Assembly: GCA_037917675.1 (NCBI GenBank)
Contig: JAVCBW010000050.1
Coordinates: 1-21,045 of the forward strand
DNA length: 21,045 nt
Source: Thermoproteota archaeon
Lineage (GTDB): Archaea > Korarchaeota > Korarchaeia > B14-G2
Direction: 5' to 3'
A program made the translations under genes and the position numbers. Shown here piece after piece: positions 16,241-21,045 of this stretch; position 1 is the first letter of the stretch; each line of letters begins with the position of its first letter. The notes beneath the pieces were generated by a model. The model searched no databases. It was not told the DNA's origin and was given only the letters and a program-made list of their open reading frames with translations.

Positions 16241-16332
16241 GGGCCCATAGCTCAGCTAGGAGCTATCATAGCTAGAGTCAGAGCGCCGGCCTTCTAAGCC
16301 GGAGGTCGCGGGTTCGAGTCCCGCTGGGCCCG
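16241..16332 (+). tRNA. tRNA-Arg(UCU) with a 16-nt D-loop intron (16262..16277, position 20/20a); CCA not encoded
   Basis: Acceptor stem GGGCCCA/UGGGCCC, G73, anticodon UCU (16293-16295), T-loop UUCGAGU. BHB: CUAG/CUAG helix with GA^G and AG^U bulges. Mature D-loop AGCUAGGAUCA keeps A20. Confidence 0.95.
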
Positions 16333-16347
16333 CTCCTCTGCTCTAGG

Positions 16348-17007
16348 CTACCCAATGTACCTGTCTCCTAGCAGGATTCTAGCTAGCTTGATGTCCTCTA
16401 CTGTAGCTCCATCCAGCTCGACCACTGGGATGCTCTCCTCTATATCCTCCATGCTCCTACCACTCAGCCACATTCCAGCATAAACATCGCTTGTCCCTGG
16501 GAGGATCATCAGGAGAACCCAGCCACTTGGAGCCTTCTCATATCTTGCTACCCTAAGAGCATATGGTCTACATAGCGCTAGTACCAGCCTGTCTGCAACT
16601 GACCTAAGCTCAATGTAGCTTCCAGCCTCAAGTATAACACTCCTGTTCTCAGGGACAACAAGTATCCTACACTTCTTTCCTCCTGATGCTGGCCCTCTGA
16701 TCACTATGTAGGAGTATGCTTCAGGAGGCTCCTCTCTATCTAAGATGCCTCCTCCTATTTCCTCATCAGATATTGAGGGCCTCGTTACTCTCGCTATATA
16801 CTGCACTATGTCTGCTGCTATAATCTGCATTTCTGTGCCTCCACTAGTAGCGTCTTCAGAGTAGTAGCAGATTGCAAGCAGCTTACTCTGCTCTCTCACA
16901 GCTTCCCTACTTCTATAGGCGATGAAAGCTACTAGCACAGCACATGTCATCAGGACTAGCATGCTGCCCCTAAAGAGGACTCTACTCCCCCCTCTGAGCT
17001 TACCCAA
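16348..17007 (-). CDS. Hypothetical protein with N-terminal membrane anchor
   Basis: Basic N-terminus, then hydrophobic SMLVLMTCAVLVAFIAY. Overlaps the upstream gene's stop by 8 nt (coupled). Confidence 0.75.
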   Translation of the reverse strand: MGKLRGGSRVLFRGSMLVLMTCAVLVAFIAYRSREAVREQSKLLAICYYSEDATSGGTEMQIIAADIVQYIARVTRPSISDEEIGGGILDREEPPEAYSYIVIRGPASGGKKCRILVVPENRSVILEAGSYIELRSVADRLVLALCRPYALRVARYEKAPSGWVLLMILPGTSDVYAGMWLSGRSMEDIEESIPVVELDGATVEDIKLARILLGDRYIG

Positions 17008-19267
17008 GCCTGGATGCCCTCCTCGGCCTCCTTATCCTCCTCCTCTCATACCTCGCTCTCCTCGGGGCTTCTCTCCTGACCCATAGCGCTACTGCAAGCA
17101 AAACTACCATGGCTCCTAGCAGTATTCCTACATACACTATCCATATAGGCATCTCTATGTTAATGACACTTTGAGCTATCGCATAATATGCAGGCAGGCT
17201 GCTGTTCTTTACATCCTGATAGTGAGCCTCAGCTACTATAACAGCTTCCTGAGCTGGAGGCATAAGGAACCTCTTACAGCTTGCATTTATCCAAAATACC
17301 CTACAGTCACCTGGCTCCAGCAGGTTAGCTTCCAGCCTTACTGGCATCTTCACCTCAGCTTCCAGCTGAGGTGTCCAGCTAGCGTCAACAGCAATTTCCT
17401 TAGCAATAGAGTTACCAACGTTACAGACCTTAATTCCCACCTTAACCTCCTGACCCCACTTCACAGCACTCAGGTTGACGCCGGTTTCAGCGTCTTCAAT
17501 CCAGGCTTCTACAGTAAGTAAAGGCCTTCTCACAGATAAGGTTATAGATGCTGTGGCATTATTAAGCTCTCCGAGAGCATCAGTATACATCATGGTGGTC
17601 TTAGCTAGCTCTATCTTGCCAGGAGACGCGTCTCTTAGCTCGACCTCATATGTGAATGACTTCTCCTCCCCAGCCTTAAGCTCAGCTATGCTGAACCCTC
17701 CTACGAAGAGTGATGGAGGTGTATCTCTGAAGTCTGCTACTACAGCTCCAGAGTAGAGCTCCTCTCTTAACACCATGTTCTTAGCTGAGACATCTCCTAT
17801 GTTTTTGATGGAGATCCTCACATTAACCCTCTCTCCAAGGTCGATTATGTTAGCTGACAACTGCTTGCTGAGGGTTATCCTAGAGTTCTTAATTACCTCG
17901 AAATCGAGTGTAGTCATGTAAGCTACCTTAACCACTCCCAGATGCCTCCTCTTAACCCACACTACGATCTGAGCACCATGCTTCTGCTGTAACCTCCCTC
18001 CATGCTTGAGTTTAAAGCTAGAAACAGCTTTCTCTCCTGGGTCAAGCTCGCTCGGCCCCCTATTCTGTGATGCAAGCACAAACTCTCTAGGATACTCGAT
18101 CTCGGCTTCAAGAGTCTGACGGTACTCTGCTCCATTCTCGATTGCCACAAATATCGTAAGCTCACCTCCCTCAACTATTGTAGGTGGCTCAGCTAGCTCA
18201 TCTACTCCCCTCCCAGTGAAGGTGACTGTGGCATATACTGTTATAGCCTCATAGTAGTCAAATAGCATTGGGAGCGTGAGGGCTGTCCTGAAGATTCCTC
18301 CCTTGAACAGCCCCCCCTCCTGTGTAGCCACATAGAGAATTATGTCATCAAGCGTAAGCATCTTGAGCTCCTTGCTCTCTATCATCCCAATAAACGCTAG
18401 CCTACTGAGTGCCCACGCTAAGTGGATTCTATCCCATTCATCGCTAAACTGAGTGTAGCTCTTCACCACCCACCTCCTTGCATCGCTAAGTAGCTTTTCA
18501 TCTACGTCATAACCTAGCATCCTAGCTGTGCAAAGAGAGGCAAGAGCATATCCTGTACTGACTCCCATCGTCAAGCCAGTCATCCGCTCATCAGATCTCC
18601 AGTATACCCCATTTGCGTCTCTCCCACACTTTCCACTGAGAAAGGCTATAGCCTTATCTATAGCCTCTCTACTCACTGGAATACCTCTCATCCTGGCTTC
18701 AAGCAGAGTATGTAAGACTACTGCAGTTAACCCAGGATCAGGCTTCCTATAGTCTTCATTTGGGTGTCTTGGAAACGCCCCCCATCCTCCACTCTCATCC
18801 TGCAAGCTGCTTAAGCCTGCTATGGCGTCTTTAGCCTCCTCCTCCACACCAACTAGCCTACTAGCTCTAGCCAGTAGGAGAGCTACATGAGAAGTAACAT
18901 ATGTGTCCTCCACTCCACCTGAAGATGGGCTACGCCACCCTCTCCCTACACGGTTGCTTCTAAGTGCAAGCTCAACTATCTCCTCAAGAAGCTCCTTCCC
19001 CTTCTTCTCCTTCTCAGATACAGCTGGCATAAACTCAGCATTCTCGAGGCAAAAGCTGAGAGACATACCAATCAAGATGTTCTCATAAAACCCAACTTCC
19101 CTCTCCTGTGTCATCGGGTTCATGACCTCATAGAGGCCTGGCATAGCAGCAAAATACCCATATGCCTTCTCTATAGCCCTCAATATGTCTGATTGAGCCT
19201 CCCCCACTCCATATGGGAGTACAGAGAAGAGTAGAGTTGCCAACAGTATCATAGGCAGCCTTCTCAA
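17000..19267 (-). CDS. Secreted, membrane-anchored protein: alpha/alpha-barrel (prenyltransferase/squalene-cyclase-repeat or A2M TED-like) domain plus three Ig-like (DUF11-like) domains
   Basis: Signal peptide; L.SLQDESGGWG QW-type repeat, DTYVTSHVALLL, LTAVVLHTLLE, AIDKAIAFL; 'N.G...A' Ig repeats; C-terminal TM helix and poly-Arg tail. SD GGAGGT before the TTG. Confidence 0.8.
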   Translation of the reverse strand: MRRLPMILLATLLFSVLPYGVGEAQSDILRAIEKAYGYFAAMPGLYEVMNPMTQEREVGFYENILIGMSLSFCLENAEFMPAVSEKEKKGKELLEEIVELALRSNRVGRGWRSPSSGGVEDTYVTSHVALLLARASRLVGVEEEAKDAIAGLSSLQDESGGWGAFPRHPNEDYRKPDPGLTAVVLHTLLEARMRGIPVSREAIDKAIAFLSGKCGRDANGVYWRSDERMTGLTMGVSTGYALASLCTARMLGYDVDEKLLSDARRWVVKSYTQFSDEWDRIHLAWALSRLAFIGMIESKELKMLTLDDIILYVATQEGGLFKGGIFRTALTLPMLFDYYEAITVYATVTFTGRGVDELAEPPTIVEGGELTIFVAIENGAEYRQTLEAEIEYPREFVLASQNRGPSELDPGEKAVSSFKLKHGGRLQQKHGAQIVVWVKRRHLGVVKVAYMTTLDFEVIKNSRITLSKQLSANIIDLGERVNVRISIKNIGDVSAKNMVLREELYSGAVVADFRDTPPSLFVGGFSIAELKAGEEKSFTYEVELRDASPGKIELAKTTMMYTDALGELNNATASITLSVRRPLLTVEAWIEDAETGVNLSAVKWGQEVKVGIKVCNVGNSIAKEIAVDASWTPQLEAEVKMPVRLEANLLEPGDCRVFWINASCKRFLMPPAQEAVIVAEAHYQDVKNSSLPAYYAIAQSVINIEMPIWIVYVGILLGAMVVLLAVALWVRREAPRRARYERRRIRRPRRASRLG

Positions 19268-19297
19268 GATACCTCCCAGCAGCTATGAGCTCAGCCC

Positions 19298-19305
19298 TTA
19301 AAATA
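19298..19305 (-). promoter_or_regulatory. Putative TATA box of the 755-aa gene
   Basis: Minus strand TATTTTAA ~31 nt upstream of the TTG. Confidence 0.5.
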
Positions 19306-19353
19306 GGTAACGTCACAGAACAAGAATAAGGCTTCAGCTTAGATCGAAGATGT

Positions 19354-19373
19354 GAATATAAAAGGGGGGTGGG
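19354..19373 (-). terminator. Pyrimidine-rich putative terminator after the S-layer gene
   Basis: CCCACCCCCCTTTTATATTC directly follows the TAG on the minus strand. Confidence 0.5.
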
Positions 19374-21044
19374 CTAGCCGCCCAGCGGAGTCTCCTCAGG
19401 TGCTGGTCCGATGCCTACGAAGACTACTCCCGGTGGCGGAGCAACTGGAGGTACTATTGGTATCCCTGGTACCACACCTAGCACTATCACTGCTGGCGGC
19501 TGAGTATTCCTGCCTGCCTCCCACCATGCTGAAGCTGTCTCTCTGAGTATCTTTGTTGGATCAGATAGTGCCACAGCTGCAGCATACGTTCCGAACCTGT
19601 CACAGCCTGCTACCACAAGCACTGGGACTGTTGGATCTGGGTTCCATGGGTTCTCCTTAGCATACTGTACTGTCCCTATACCTGATGTCACCTTAGGTAC
19701 ATACTCTACTGGCCAGCCTAGTGTTGCCGCTACATCCTCTAGCGTCCATACCTTGCCAGTCCAGTCCCTTACCTTGTCGGTTCCTATGAAGGTTATCCAC
19801 AGCTTGCCAGTGTCATTCAGCTCCTTAACATAGCTGTTGACTATAGGCCCACCGACCAGTACTAGTGCACAGCTTGCCTTAGCAGCCTCTGCTGCCTTTG
19901 TCCCAGCCACATAGACGAATGGAGCATGGAGGAAGCTGAAGACGTCCTCTCCCTCGAAGATTATATCCTTCTCGCTTGCTGGAGTAATGTCTGTGTAGTT
20001 CTCAAATGATATCAGTAGTGTACCAGTGTACTCTACTCCCGGGCCGCCAACGAACTGATCAAAGATCCCTGCAAATACCCCTGTGACATCAGTTCCCACT
20101 ATCTCCTTCAGCAGCTTCAGATCCACCAGCAGCACCTCGTGTCTGTAGACCGGCCCAAGGAATGTCTCCGGCACTTCCACTGGTGAGGTGGTTGGTAATC
20201 CCTCTGGCCCTGCTACTATGCATAGAGCTATAGCGCTGCCTTCCGGCTTCACGTACTCTACGTTAGCATACTCAAAGTTGTTCAGCCATGGATAGAACAC
20301 ATAGCGTAGTGGCACCCACTCCTCTAGCTTGTAGAGTGGCTCCTTCGTGTCGATTGTTGTCTCTACTATTTCATAGATTGTTGCCTGCCACTTTAATTTC
20401 TCTAGTGCCATAGGCTCTGTGACTAACCCCTCCTTCTCAGCTGCTACTGATAAGTATGGTAGGTTGCCAAAGAAGTACCTCCTACCATCATACACTTTAG
20501 TCTCATTCAGCAGCCAAGTCATCCATTTAGTCGTCTTCACATAATCTACCGTGACAGCTCTCCCTACGCTGACAACCTCCTCCTTTATGAGCTTCTTTCC
20601 CTCAGCCCAGATCCAGTGGTGTGCTCTCACCCAGTAACTTACTCGCAGTGGCGGTACTCTCATGCCTTCCCGTCTCCACTCTATGAGCCAAGCATCTGGT
20701 GTATAGAGCCCACACTCAGCCCAGTATGTATCTATCCCATACACATCGCTGCCTAATCCAAGGAAATCTGCTGGCAGCGTGTAGTACCAGAAGACACCTA
20801 TCTCCGTATCATACGTCTCTATGTAGTCTACACCATCCTCTGTCCTGTAGAGGTTGCCTCCCCAGCCCTCTACCCTGTCTGGGCCTGGGAATGGCTCACG
20901 TTTTCCGTCACCATTGACATCTACCCACTCATTGCCTGGATAATCATCGCTCCAGCCAGCTGCAGTGCCGTAGCTGTCCCTTCTTAAGCCTAGGATGTTA
21001 AGCTCTGGATTGCTTACATGCTTGTGTACTGGATAGCTCTGTAC
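19374..21044 (-). CDS. S-layer protein, C-terminal part (5'-truncated by window end)
   Basis: The frame stays open from 20744 to the window edge (VQSYPVHKH...DVNGDG...GSDVYGIDT). C-terminal LVLVGGPIVN..V.EL...G.G......NPW...VLVVAG.DR.GT.AA matches the Methanococcus/Thermococcus-type S-layer C-terminal domain. Confidence 0.85.
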   Translation of the reverse strand, partial: VQSYPVHKHVSNPELNILGLRRDSYGTAAGWSDDYPGNEWVDVNGDGKREPFPGPDRVEGWGGNLYRTEDGVDYIETYDTEIGVFWYYTLPADFLGLGSDVYGIDTYWAECGLYTPDAWLIEWRREGMRVPPLRVSYWVRAHHWIWAEGKKLIKEEVVSVGRAVTVDYVKTTKWMTWLLNETKVYDGRRYFFGNLPYLSVAAEKEGLVTEPMALEKLKWQATIYEIVETTIDTKEPLYKLEEWVPLRYVFYPWLNNFEYANVEYVKPEGSAIALCIVAGPEGLPTTSPVEVPETFLGPVYRHEVLLVDLKLLKEIVGTDVTGVFAGIFDQFVGGPGVEYTGTLLISFENYTDITPASEKDIIFEGEDVFSFLHAPFVYVAGTKAAEAAKASCALVLVGGPIVNSYVKELNDTGKLWITFIGTDKVRDWTGKVWTLEDVAATLGWPVEYVPKVTSGIGTVQYAKENPWNPDPTVPVLVVAGCDRFGTYAAAVALSDPTKILRETASAWWEAGRNTQPPAVIVLGVVPGIPIVPPVAPPPGVVFVGIGPAPEETPLGG

Positions 21045-21045
21045 C

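Noticed and set aside
16283-16315. Near-identical arms of tRNA-Arg and tRNA-Ala as a repeat or split-tRNA signal
   Set aside because: Both genes are complete cloverleaves with correct identity elements; such similarity is common among GC-rich archaeal tRNAs.
16241-16347. tRNA-Arg as integration site of an island
   Set aside because: No duplicated tRNA end or integrase is visible, and the genes on both sides are similar in type and composition.

Overview
Archaeal chromosomal window. The 16S signatures (CCCCTATCGGGCTC near the 5' end; GGTAAAACCAGCTCCCCGAGGGG after the 515 site) resemble Korarchaeota as I recall them, which I could not verify by search. Minus strand, left end: the 5' ~534 nt of a divergent 16S rRNA gene, its ~190-nt structured leader and promoter, and a tRNA-Gly(GCC)/tRNA-Ala(UGC) pair. 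Plus strand: a ~13-kb information-processing superoperon, nep1-rpp21-rps19e-PDCD5-rpl39e-rpl31e-eIF6-pfdA-ftsY-argF-ftsZ-secE-spt5-rpl11-rpl1-rpl10-rpl12-alaS-DUF434. rpl39e and secE are absent from the ORF track. Minus strand, right end: a four-gene cell-surface cluster (S-layer protein running off the window, an alpha/alpha-barrel plus Ig-like anchored protein, a small membrane-anchored protein, a DUF11/BatD-like anchored protein) with tRNA-Arg(UCU) on the plus strand inside it. Most notable: all three tRNAs carry very short (12-16 nt) introns, mostly at non-canonical sites, and tRNA-Ala has two. The rRNA leader opens with tandem K-turn/K-loop hairpins of H/ACA-like architecture. A double-palindrome site abuts the rRNA promoter. 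No CRISPR array or mobile element was seen.
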